Position numbers and translations under genes: made by a program
Assembly: GCA_002633005.1 (NCBI GenBank)
Contig: NMRA01000259.1
Location: 296,934 to 344,003, forward strand
Reading direction: 5' to 3'
DNA: 47,070 nt
From: Phoronis australis
Taxonomy: Eukaryota; Animalia; Phoronida
The notes under the pieces: generated by a model
Databases searched by the model: none
What the model was told of the DNA's origin: nothing
Seen by the model: only the letters and a program-made list of their open reading frames with translations
Shown here: positions 35,201 to 44,275 of the stretch, in pieces
Layout of the letters: each line of letters begins with the position of its first letter
How positions within the stretch are numbered: position 1 is the first letter of the stretch

Positions 35201-38200
35201 ACCCACCCGTTGTGTTTACCTTCCCATCAAGATGCCTTCGTGTTCGTAAAAGTGATTTGCAATCATGAAACACGGAAATAGCGGACTGCTAAGTCACAGT
35301 GTTTGTCTCAAATTCTGCAAAAACACCAAAACATTTGAAACACAAACTATGGTTTAATAGACACATGTAATAATAACAGCTTGATTTCACTGCATTTCAG
35401 AATGAGTTATCGAAGTACGATCTTCGCCAAAAACTGGAGCGTGCAGACTGGATGATCGTATTCCAGTGCGTTGCAAAGAAAATTCGCTGTGGAGATACTG
35501 AATCTCTTGCCACGTACCTCCGTATTCTTCCTGTAGAGGTGTCGCATATTAAAGAAGAGTAAGTTGAATTTGCTCTACACCCAATCACAGGCGAATGTTA
35601 TGTGAGTGCACTCCACATAATTTACCATCAGTTTGAATGTAGTTAAACTCTGATGATGAAAAACTACGGTGGTTATAACCGAAGTACCATGGGTTGCTGA
35701 CTACTAACGCATACTGCAAAATCCGGCAGTTGCCGATAGGTTGTTTAACGCGACTAAACGTGAGGTCAGACATCGGAAATCTCCGCCAAACACCGAGTTT
35801 TCGTTGTGCTTGATCAAAGATTAGCACATGTCAAGATCAAACACAAGTTTTGCCGGTTTTTGCAATTGAATTCTTGCTTAAGGGATAAAATGGGCTATAG
35901 GAAGAAACGCATTTCACATAAGTGGAAGGTTTTTTAGTAACCTCAATAATTTAAATTGGGAATAAATTTCTTCAAGTTGATTTTGATATAGGGGTTGCTT
36001 GCTCAAATTTGAAATTTTATCTTCGACAGACGTCCAAGTTAAAGCACAACTGGAATCCGCCATGTTAACTATTTCAGTTCCTTGAATTCATAGTTTTGGG
36101 ATTGTTTTGAAAATTCCGTCCACTCACAGGGATAATTTAATGGGATCAAGGAAAGATAAGGCTTTGGAGGTTTATGCAATACCAGTCCTGAGGGAAATGT
36201 ACGCATATATTATTTGGATTTGGGACAGTTGAAGTTGGCAGCCTCGGTTTGGCAAAGTTTTAGTGTCCAATCTTTATGTTTCTTATATATGCTTATGAGT
36301 CATCTGGAAATTCGAACGCCTGTGTGTTGGCGATTATCATGAACGCGACAATCGCCGTTAGATGTCGCGCAGGCATGATAAAGTCAAACAGTGGCTGATG
36401 AAACATTGCCAATTATTCTTAAGTAAGTGTACTATAGATTCATAATTTTCTCCACATTCTTCAATACTAGATGACTTATATTTTACATGAGTTAATAACA
36501 ATGTACGTATATAAAATTTAAATTTGGTCGAAAAAACAAAATTCGCGTGTGATTTGAAAAAAACAACAGGCCCTTAGCCAGCATTGCGCGGAGTGTAGTT
36601 TAAATTTGTAATTTGCGAATTTTTTGTCATATTTCCCAAATGTCGACTGTGTAGGGCCCTTACGCATCTGAACTCGCCAGGAGGGAAACCCGTGTACGCG
36701 ACGACGACTCTCGGGTTATTTTCCTGAGATGAGACGGAACATATGGCCACGTTGCGAAGTAGGTCGAGTAGGGCCCAAAGTGACTACGTAAAGTGCCTTG
36801 ATTCAGAGCAAAATTCGAAATTATTGCCAACGTGATTATTATTGTACTTAGTATTGCCAGTAATAACTGCAACAGCTTTGTTGTTGTTTTTCATCTATTC
36901 TATTCGTAATGGATAAGCTGGCGCTGGACCTTTTCAGCAGCGTGGTTCGATCGACCCCCCAGCCCCCGAAACCCCTGGCTACGGGCCTGGACAATAACGT
37001 TGATTTTTGATGGTCGTGTACAAACGGATTAAATGTTTGCCAATCAGAAACAACCCTCTACGAAATTAATATTTAAATGAATTTTGGTCTATGAAATTCT
37101 GTCTGTTCCGTCTCTTATTTGTTCCTCGAAGGGTCACTGAGCCATTGAAACTCTGGCACCGAAGCGACCTCTAAAGCAATGAGCCAAGGACCCTGGAACT
37201 GTACTCTTTCAAATTGTACCTTCATAAGCCTAGCCCCAAAAAGTGAATAGTGCCCAGACTGGGCCCAAGTCATTTTCATTCGTCGAAACGTATGAAATCA
37301 TAGCCGACATTGCCGCCAATGTGATGTTCAGGTCTGTGATATTTCCGTATTTCTCCTACCCGCATTGTCTTTTTACCAAGAAAGGGATTTTGGCAGTACA
37401 TCGATTTGGTTCCCTAATGAATTTAAAAAAAATATTCCCCAATTAACCAAAATCACAGTGTCCTAAACGTATAACGTGTTCCGGCATAAAAACTAGGACT
37501 TTCTCGAGAAACTTTGTTGAAACTGGTAATCCAGGTTTTTGGAGACGATCTCTCCGAGGTTTGCCCCCTAACAGGTAGCTCATTGCGAAATAGCAACAAC
37601 CAATTGGGTCGAAGAGGAGAGAAAAGGAGGAATCTGAAATTTGATATGCGGTGTACAAATGCCTTCAAAAATTAGGATCAGCTGTAGATAGGTATCTGAC
37701 AGAGCACAATTTCTGACAACAGAGACTGAAAAAATGATACTATTTTATTACGTCAAATTTCAGATAAATACTAAAACAACACTCAACATTACTGTCTGAG
37801 ACCGAAGACTTTTGAGNNNNNNNNNNNNNNNNNNNNNNNNNNNNNNNNNNNTGCAGGATCTGTACCTGTCCACCCGCCAATCGTCCACTTCCACGCTGTC
37901 ACCACGATTAGTCACCCTCTCTGCTTAAATTACCTTCGCTGCCCGAATTTTTTCTCGATTTACTCTATATTTTGCCTATGTGTTTGTTTCCCAATACACC
38001 ACTCGTATTTTTTATTCTCAATATTTAAACAAAAACACTTCACAACTTTGAATTTGACAAAATAAAATCGGCCACGATATTCAACGTTTAGCCTACTTCC
38101 ATGCACACGTCGCCGCTGGCCATTATGAATAGTCTTCATATGTATACGTCTTTGGTACTATGCTCTCTATTCAGCCAACACCAGATGACACTGTTCATAA

Positions 38201-38887
38201 CGAATGCAGTGGCATTTCTAAAAAATGCATCATAAATCTAAATAACTAATGCTCTGGGTTGACTATAATACTACTTTTCACTCCTGGTTCTCAATTTGAA
38301 GTGTATAAAACTTGAATTTCATAATGACTGAAATAATATTTACAAGTTTATTGTCTGTTTAGAAACGTTATTAAGAATCACGAAATGCACATATTGTTTG
38401 CGATAATGAGTATGAATAAATACCAGAGACACAAAAACACGAAAGATTGTTGTGAAATCTGGGCTTCGTTTCGATGCATAACGTAGAAAAAATCACTTTG
38501 TTTTGAGTTTTAATTGCCTTAGTGTCTGAACTCGAGCCCAGTAACGTTAAGCTTTTTTAAAAGCTTAAAATTGGTCAATGCTTGCGTTGAAATCCTAATC
38601 AGTAGTCTCTTGATTGTCTGGGAGTAGTATATATCTTTCTCATTTACCTGCATTTTAGATGTCCACAGGATACAAGAAAGTTCACGCGACTACTCTGCAC
38701 CGAGTGGCTTCAAAGGAACCCAGAAAAACACCTTGAGCATTTCATGCAGTCCCTGGCACAGATCGATAGTCGTGTAGTCAAAGAGGTCTTGGAGGAGACA
38801 AAAGACCAGATTGGTCTCGTTGAAGTTGATGATAGCTTTGATGAGCAGAAATTGTGCGACCAATTTGGCAACTTAGCATCAACTTGA
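17194..38887 (+). CDS. TNF-receptor superfamily type I membrane protein with ZU5/UPA/death-domain cytoplasmic tail; join(17194..17277,18782..19103,22805..22984,24336..24451,27998..28037,29194..29283,29369..29470,29744..31086,31291..31470,31672..31890,35401..35558,38659..38887), 1020 aa
   Basis: All 11 introns are GT-AG and the exon phases are mutually compatible (3063 nt, no internal stop). Domains in order: signal peptide, 4 CRDs, TM, DD-like segment, ZU5, UPA-like region, C-terminal DD. Confidence 0.72.
17382..17595 (+). repeat. Interspersed repeat, diverged homolog of 3810-4015
   Basis: Shared sequence blocks with the copy in IPK intron 2. Confidence 0.6.
17707..18414. mobile_element. Harbinger/PIF-like MITE, copy 2, interrupted by a nested element
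   Basis: Same ends as 14825-14974; CAG...CAG TSD; removing 17798-18354 and one TSD copy restores the short element. Confidence 0.75.
17798..18354. mobile_element. Non-autonomous IS3EU-like DNA transposon, copy 1
   Basis: TIRs tatggtgggccgttgaggggaaagtgtcgccg / cggcgacactttcccctcaacggcccatcata; 6-bp TSD AACGAG; many internal AATTACGCTCGTAA repeats. Confidence 0.8.
18782..19103 (+). CDS. TNFR exon 2: CRD1, CRD2 and first half of CRD3
   Basis: CSMCPPG..HC..TVC.PC..C..C..C..CT.TRN..C.CKEGYY..C..KCP.GFGV..P; acceptor tttccag, donor G|gtaggc. Confidence 0.92.
19224..19624. mobile_element. Harbinger-like MITE with internal AAACTCGAA repeats
   Basis: TIR ggcccggtctctaatctttgtactcgaaa / tttcgagtaaaaagattggagaccgggct; CAG...CAG TSD. 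Confidence 0.7.
22400..22649. mobile_element. CATGCGCGCACCCAG-family MITE
   Basis: cgcgcacccaggggg ... gaaggctgggtgcgcgcatg; homologous to 20212-20370, 7849-8081 and 42069-42311. Confidence 0.65.
22805..22984 (+). CDS. TNFR exon 3: rest of CRD3 and CRD4 (GTPISDVICKKCSAGFYSN...PCQAHINCS...GNETHPRTC)
   Basis: TNFR cysteine pattern; phase 1-1 splice sites. Confidence 0.92.
23936..24065. repeat. 12-bp-unit tandem repeat (TCCTATWGGAHW)
   Basis: cctattggactt/cctataggattt periodicity; produces a spurious PIGL/PIGF ORF. Confidence 0.85.
24336..24451 (+). CDS. TNFR exon 4: stalk and transmembrane helix (FVIIGMAIVALCGTVFSCIVIF-KK)
   Basis: 22-aa hydrophobic stretch followed by KK stop-transfer; donor AAG|gtaaga. 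Confidence 0.88.
24559..24825. mobile_element. Second TAYGG-terminus (IS3EU-like) MITE with duplicated left end
   Basis: tacggtggcccaaagat / tacggtgtcctaaagatgacatc ... gatgtcatctttgggccacggta; internal TCTCGAGAT repeats; no clean TSD. Confidence 0.5.
25256..25773. mobile_element. MITE with about 100-bp imperfect TIRs containing a nested GGCGGATCC-type mini element (about 25504-25643)
   Basis: Arms ...tttggtgaaatcaaggccggtgacttc...tctgccatt / aatggcaga...gaagtcatcggccttaatttcaccaaa... Confidence 0.6.
26462..26980 (+). mobile_element. Internally deleted DNA transposon carrying a degenerate THAP zinc-finger N-terminus
   Basis: Imperfect TIRs cagtagggtggtcctgaattacacaacg / cgctgtgtagtccgggacggtcctactg; peptide YCCAVGCNSDRGK...YPW...RGE*IK*IR at about 26650-26800. 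Confidence 0.55.
27998..28037 (+). CDS. TNFR exon 5: juxtamembrane micro-exon (TRTSYTRMNLEKQ)
   Basis: Acceptor atatttcag, donor G|gtattt; phase 0-1 bridges the TM exon to the downstream phase-1 exons. Confidence 0.55.
28170..28723. mobile_element. Non-autonomous IS3EU-like DNA transposon, copy 2
   Basis: Closely similar to 17798-18354; 6-bp TSD TACAAC on both sides. Confidence 0.8.
29194..29283 (+). CDS. TNFR exon 6 (DTNSVEGHRTKEYTATVTDRPVILKTKYDT)
   Basis: Acceptor gttcag, strong donor CAG|gtgagc, phase 1-1. Confidence 0.65.
29369..29470 (+). CDS. TNFR exon 7 (EDGSLAAPTEGYTEFEDSIFMSPIDIAPSLLLDQ)
   Basis: Open phase 1-1 exon, donor AAG|gtattt. Confidence 0.65.
29744..31086 (+). CDS. TNFR exon 8 (1343 bp): DD-like segment, ZU5 domain, HFT motif and start of UPA
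   Basis: 453-aa ORF with ZU5 signature DSSGGCL...LKIPPKAI...IVSPPI...F.....LSLEHC and TIHFTVYVV; donor GCG|gtgagt. Confidence 0.88.
31291..31470 (+). CDS. TNFR exon 9: UPA-like beta region
   Basis: Acceptor tttgtttag, donor CAG|gtaaaa, phase 0-0, open frame. Confidence 0.8.
31672..31890 (+). CDS. TNFR exon 10 (TLKADDFIITG...VRSWK)
   Basis: Acceptor ttttataacag, donor AAA|gtaagt, 73 open codons; not in the ORF track. Confidence 0.78.
31963..33398. mobile_element. Large foldback element (about 570-bp inverted arms, about 240-bp spacer) with CAGTGGC...GCCACTG termini
   Basis: About 31980-32552 is the diverged reverse complement of about 32790-33362; each arm contains a tRNA-like A/B-box segment. 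Confidence 0.8.
35401..35558 (+). CDS. TNFR exon 11: death domain N-half (DWMIVFQCVAKKIRCGDTESLATYLRILPVEVSHIKEE)
   Basis: DD helix 1-3 pattern (F..VA..I.......LA..L.I....V..I); acceptor catttcag, donor GA|gtaagt, phase 0-2. Confidence 0.8.
37817..37851. other. Assembly gap (N run) within the last TNFR intron
   Basis: 35 N bases. Confidence 0.99.
38659..38887 (+). CDS. TNFR exon 12: death domain C-half and acidic tail (CPQDTRKFTRLLCTEWLQRNPEKHLEHFMQSLAQID...LAST*)
   Basis: Phase-2 acceptor cattttag; conserved DD 'L..W..R' and 'L..I' helices; stop TGA ends at 38887. Confidence 0.8.
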
Positions 38888-39213
38888 ATAGTGACATACC
38901 TAGAATCAGGTCAAAGAAGAAATCAATGCATACATAAAGTGGGTTTTACTCCGAAGCAAGGTTGATCGCGCCTTATACGACAGCATATGTTATTGTACCT
39001 GGAGGGGTATTCGTATGCCTTGACTTTCAGAGAGTGTCCAACATTACCCCCTCTTTCGTGTATCTAGTGGCGGGATCTTTTGATCTGTTAGGTTTCAGTG
39101 GTACAATTTTGTACCCAATGTTCTGGCATAATGAACTAGTTTCTTGGTATCTCATTGCTGGGAACCGAAGCTTGTAGATTTTTAGTTCTCGGAAGGGTTT
39201 TGGGTGTGAGCTA

Positions 39214-39357
39214 TAGGCGGATCCAGGGGGGTCATGGGGGTCCAGTCTCCCCTTTTTCCTTGATTTTAGTGATTTAAAATTGTTGACTTGGACCCCCCTT
39301 TTTAAAAAAAATCCTTGATCTGACCCCATTTTAAAAAACCCTTGATCCGTCCCTATG
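39214..39357. mobile_element. Short GGCGGATCC-terminus MITE in the presumptive TNFR 3' UTR
   Basis: taggcggatccagggggg ... ccttgatccgtcccta. Confidence 0.5.
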
Positions 39358-41530
39358 GGTTCATGCTAACAAAGTGGCCGCCACTGAAATTGGTTGTAAG
39401 GCAACACGAGAGTATTGAAGTACGAAAGAAATCTTACAATGACCTTTCCTTGAACCAAGATCTGTCAGTACAAATGACAAATATGTAACAAAGTGTTTTC
39501 GTTATTTCAGCCCCTTCAGTATTTACTGTTTTATCAATTCCAAGTAACTGCTGTCTTATTATCGATCTGTGCCGAACTTGAAGTATACTTGTTAGAGTTT
39601 TCAAATTTGTAAGTATATCTTTATATTGCCGTTCACTGAAGTCTGTGTATATTCACTACTTGCAAGAATTCACCATTATGTTAGAAACAAGGTGCTGTAT
39701 CCAAATTACAAGGGTTCTGCATGTTTGGAACACGGAAGCTTTCCTGTTTGCCTTATTAAAACTATTGGTAAAGCGAGACGATGTGTCCCAGCAATGCACA
39801 GCACCGCCATCAAAGTGTGCAAGTGCTGATTATAATATTAGAATGGCATTTCGCTACGGTGTAGCTGTTGCTGTTCAATTTTTAACCCACGTGCTTTTGG
39901 GTTTAAAAACATTACCACGCTCATCCGATCCTGTACAATGAGTCATCAACTCAAGTTACAAGCAATACGTATTTCCACCACTAGGGAGTTGACCGAGTTG
40001 GCCGACTCCTAAAAGCTCTTTTTCTACAGTCAATGACGATTCCAACGTTCTTGTTGGTATACTGGAGAAAGAATCCAACAACTGTGAGGAATATCATGAG
40101 ACAGATTTTTTGAGTTTAAGTAGTATAATTGATTTTTCGTTTTTTAGACGTTCTAAACACTGAGGAAATGAAGTTTTCAATTTTGCCTGCTTTTGTAAAG
40201 AATTTTTAGTGACTCAGGTATGTTTATTTTTCAAATTATACTCGGAGATGTGACACGGCAAAATGAATGTCTTTCATTACTTCTTTGGTCTTCTTAATGT
40301 TACCTCAAAAATTGCAAATATTTCGTAACTGGCCTTAATTGAACAATTTGACTTTCATTTATTGATCCCTTTAACACGTCCGATCTATTTTGGCTATTTA
40401 TCCTGTCGTATTAGAGACTTAGGTCGTGTGCAGGTGACGAGAAATATTTAAGTTGCGCTAAAAACGCGGACATCACAAGCTTGTTAAACTTGATTTGCTT
40501 CGCAATCACGTGACAATTTTATATTAACGCACACATGCATTCTATTTGGTTTTTCAAAGATGGACTTGAAATTATAAAACGTCATAAGCATGACAATCTA
40601 TTTTTAATGTGTGGAGTTGACTAAAAACACATTCGAATATCTTAAAACGAGTTGCAACACTTTCCCTACTGTTTCCGGTTTACATAACTCAAACAACGAA
40701 GTCTTCTATTTGCACATTTTTAAAGTTCATAAACGCTCAAATTTGATACTTTTTCTATATTTTGATATAGCTTTTGCTTTTATATTGTACAAGTTGTTGT
40801 GGTTGATATGTAACTACCCCTGGTAGTCTTTACCCTTTCACCTTAAACGGACAGTACATTTACCTTGCACTGACATTGCCAGAAGAATTGAATATAGATC
40901 AACTACATGATTTTTTCACAGTGGGTAATAGTTGACTGGCAGAGCTGAATAGGGAAGTTGCTATTTCTACTGACACAGTTGTGTGCTTCTAAACCATGCA
41001 TTTTCACCTTTGAAAACGGTCTAATATTATAATTGTTTTGTGTACAACAAGGTTGCATTTAATAGAAAGGCTTTGGAGGAAGGCACTTTGTTCGCCTCGT
41101 TGCTTGAACTTAATCTTTGTATGTGTTATGATTTTGTAAGCAATAAAATGTACTTTTTGTTCCCATTTCTTTAATGGTATTCTCCATCATCATCACCCAT
41201 TTCGTCGTGACAGTCATTTACAATAAGTGTGTGTGTGTGTCCAGACTCTCTTTTTAATTTCAAATCGTCCGTTTATTTATTTTATTCACGACGAATAAAA
41301 AATTACGAATGATACACTTTGCCTATGCGCTCTATTACATTGGCCAAAAAGTTAGAAAGTCGCTATAACACGTGACCTGTAAGGTACTGAAACAACAGAC
41401 TTTATAGTACAGCGATGTACCTCACTTCGCAATTGGTATCACATGGCTAAGTTGACTTTCTAGATCTTTCAACTCTATGTTTTTGTTCTATTCGCCCTTT
41501 TCAACTATAATTCCCAGCGTTTTCGTTCTA

Positions 41531-41919
41531 CTAGTGTTTCCGGTCTTTCGCAGCGACCTCGTGTAGCCGTTTCAGCTCATTCAGCACGTCTCTCATACTT
41601 GATGGTCGTGATTCTATATCATTTGTCCAGCACGCTTTTCCAAGGCCTTTCAGTGACGCCATGCTGTCGTTGTTTTCCGCCAGTCGAATGAGATAATAGC
41701 CGAAGGCGAAAATGTCTGACTTAGCGCTATGGACCCCATCCGACCTCTTTAACTCGGGAGCTATCTTCGGTAGATCTGCGGCTGGATCAATAATACTCCT
41801 TTGTCCAACTTTCGTACATAGACCTAGGTCTATGACGTATGCTCTAAATACTCGTTCGTCATCTTTGATGCGTCGTTGTAGGAGAACGTTGCCAAAATGA
41901 AAGTCATTATGTACCATCC
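41531..41919 (-). CDS. Kinase exon 3 (subdomains VIb-XI)
   Basis: Acceptor gttttag; HNDFHFGN, DLG, APE, DIFAFG, SRP. Confidence 0.9.
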
Positions 41920-44211
41920 CTAAAACCCAAGGCAAACAGAAAAGATAACAAGGTCGCAATGAGATGTTGTTCTGTGATCACACAAGTGCGTATTAGGCAT
42001 TGTCGACGATGGTAAACAATTTTCTACTTCTGTTACATAATATGGAAAGTTGCTTTATGTGTATGAAACATGCGCGCACCCAGCCTAAAGCATAGGGGTG
42101 GCTCGAATATTTCGGAGTGCGGACCTTTTACTGAAAGAAATCAACGAGGAATAATAAATAATGGGGCCACTGGGTTTTCAGACCCACGAATTGTGCATCC
42201 GCGCCTACTTCCCGTGGAATTTTGTGGACTTTTGTCTCGTTTACTAGGACCTTTTGTTTCACTGAGGCGGACCTTTTTGCCCAATTCGTCAAATTGGGGG
42301 GCTCGTTCGAGCCGTCGCAAAGTTTCGCCATCTTACACAACCCAACCACAAAGTGATACAAAAGGTTGTATTGGTCACCTTGGTGGGATCGTCAGTAAGC
42401 TATTAGATCGTGTTTGAGAAGTATTTGCAGACAATCAATCCGCGAGGTTTCCTTAATTTTGATCATGCGTCATTGACAATCAAGACAACTTTGTGTCTTA
42501 CCTATAGAGTGGAGTGCCAGCAAATGGCTAGCAATTTGCTTGAGGATATCCCAGACTTCGTTGCAGCGCAGTACGCCTTCCGTCAAGGCGTTGCGGAACG
42601 TCATAGCGCGCCGACTGTTGACGGAGCGCCCGATGAACTCTAAAACCAATCCAAGCCATTCACCACTCTTATTCTGGACAATCCCATGAAGATGCGGATA
42701 CCCTCGACAGGCGTCCGATGCAATTTGAATGCACACGGCCTCGGTAAGAATATCCGACATGTAGGCTCGTGGATGGCTGTGTTTTTGTTCCATACTTGTT
42801 TTGGAGTCGTACCTGTTAATTGAGTGCATCTGCAGTGTTTACTATGTAACTGAAGTCAACGTGGGGAAGTGAGGACAAATTTGGCCTACTTGGCTTACGT
42901 TCCATGGACCGTAGTCTCTTGCGAAAAAACCGATAACTTGTAAGACTTTGCGAGATATCGCCATATATTGCAAGCAAAGCACGAGATCCCGTTAGCTTCG
43001 TTAATGAGACTACGAAAGTGTACCTCTTATCAATGCTTCGCCCGTGGTAACATTGGCGTGCAAAATTCTTCGATCAACTTTCATCTTGCAACAGCTTTAA
43101 ATTTTACCAATGAAACGTTATGGAGAAAGTTGCGCATCCGTTCTGATTATAAACATATGTGATATCTATCTCATTTAAATCTGATTATTAAGTATCAAAT
43201 GTCATTTTTGGAATATAAGCAAGCATATAAATACGAAATCCTTTAGCTAGGAATGACTCCAAATGTACAGTGTAGTTAATCATATACAGTGTGCCATACA
43301 TACTTCTTAAAGGCCACGTATTTCCCGGATGGCGCGTGCTGACAAAGAAAAACTGTCCCATACTTGCCGCTTCCGAGTACAAGTTTCTGGTTATCCTTCA
43401 TTACATACATAAGATGGCTGACAGGTATCGGGTTGCTAGCTATTCTTGTGCATCGTTCCTTCGTCTGTACAACCGGGCATGGCCTGAGCTCCGTCGAGCT
43501 TCCCGAAGACGAATCCGTCCTGCTGGCTTGAGATTGCTCTGCTGTCAACACCTCTTTGCCCTTTCCTTTAATGTGTAATTTTTGCTGGTTGTCTCCCTTT
43601 TGCTGCATTTCTGCATCCCGTCCTTCCTTTTCAAGGTTGCATTTTTCTTCAAGCTCTTTACTAAGAGTTTGATCACTACCACTTGGCAAGCTGGCCTCTG
43701 ACACCATTTGCCCATCAATGAACGGGAAGCTCTCATCATTATCGCTGGCCTTGTTGCCTTGACTTCTTACTTTTCTGACTGGTCTAGCACTATTCAGTCT
43801 TCCACTGAGAGCCACTCTCCCTGACCGAGGTCGAGGGGTATTTCGACTAGATCTCAGTTGATATGTGGTCGGGTTGTTCGTTACTGATTTTGATCCCGGC
43901 TTTATTGCCTTCCCCCCAACACGCGGTCGTTTGGGACTCTCCATCTTTTTGACAGGTGTCGCTTTTCGCTTTCGTTCTACTTCTGACTGGTCTGCAGCAG
44001 CCTTTGTTGGCTTTTTTGGAACTGGAATTCTAGATGGTGGCACCGTCTTGGAGCGTCGACTAGTGCTTGTCTGAAGACTTGTGCTTAAAGTGCTCTGGTC
44101 GTCTTCCTTTACGGTGCTTGCTCTAGTTGCGACAGAGCAACCAAAGCAAGGGCGAACGCGCCGGGTGCTATCAGCTTTGTTAGACTGGTGGTGGCGCTGA
44201 CGATCAGCCAT
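41531..44211 (-). CDS. Protein kinase (non-RD, HND catalytic loop) with long basic/disordered N-terminus; complement(join(41531..41919,42502..42812,43304..44211)), 535 aa
   Basis: Three exons splice in frame (intron phases 2,1; 1608 nt): LGSGKYGTV, VAFK, alphaC TEA, LVLEFIG, HNDFHFGN, IDLG, IAPE, SDIFAFG, CW....ESRP. Confidence 0.88.
42069..42311. mobile_element. CATGCGCGCACCCAG-family MITE in kinase intron 2
   Basis: Begins catgcgcgcacccagcc; body matches the other copies. Confidence 0.6.
42502..42812 (-). CDS. Kinase exon 2 (subdomains III-VIa)
   Basis: Acceptor ttaacag, donor G|gtaaga; DILTEA, LVLEFIG, LLALHSIG. Confidence 0.85.
43304..44211 (-). CDS. Kinase exon 1: Ser/Thr/Arg/Lys-rich region with NLS-like RKRK and SPKRPR, Gly loop and VAFK
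   Basis: 311-aa ORF; donor AA|gtatgt. Confidence 0.85.
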
Positions 44212-44243
44212 TGCTTTCAGAGCATGCTCTTAACAGAAGGATG

Positions 44244-44275
44244 GCGTCATCGTGACGCACGTCGGATATTTGCAT
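44244..44275. promoter_or_regulatory. Kinase proximal promoter candidates: inverted TGACG half-sites and octamer ATTTGCAT
   Basis: cgtcatcgtgacg and atttgcat 35-65 bp upstream of the kinase ATG. Confidence 0.3.

Noticed and set aside
37764-37816. Acceptor-like site before the N gap as an extra exon
   Set aside because: Immediate stop in the required phase; the death-domain halves already join without it.
41531-44211. Haspin assignment (DxHxGN loop plus basic N-terminus)
   Set aside because: It has DLG and a normal APE, whereas haspin has DYT and lacks APE.
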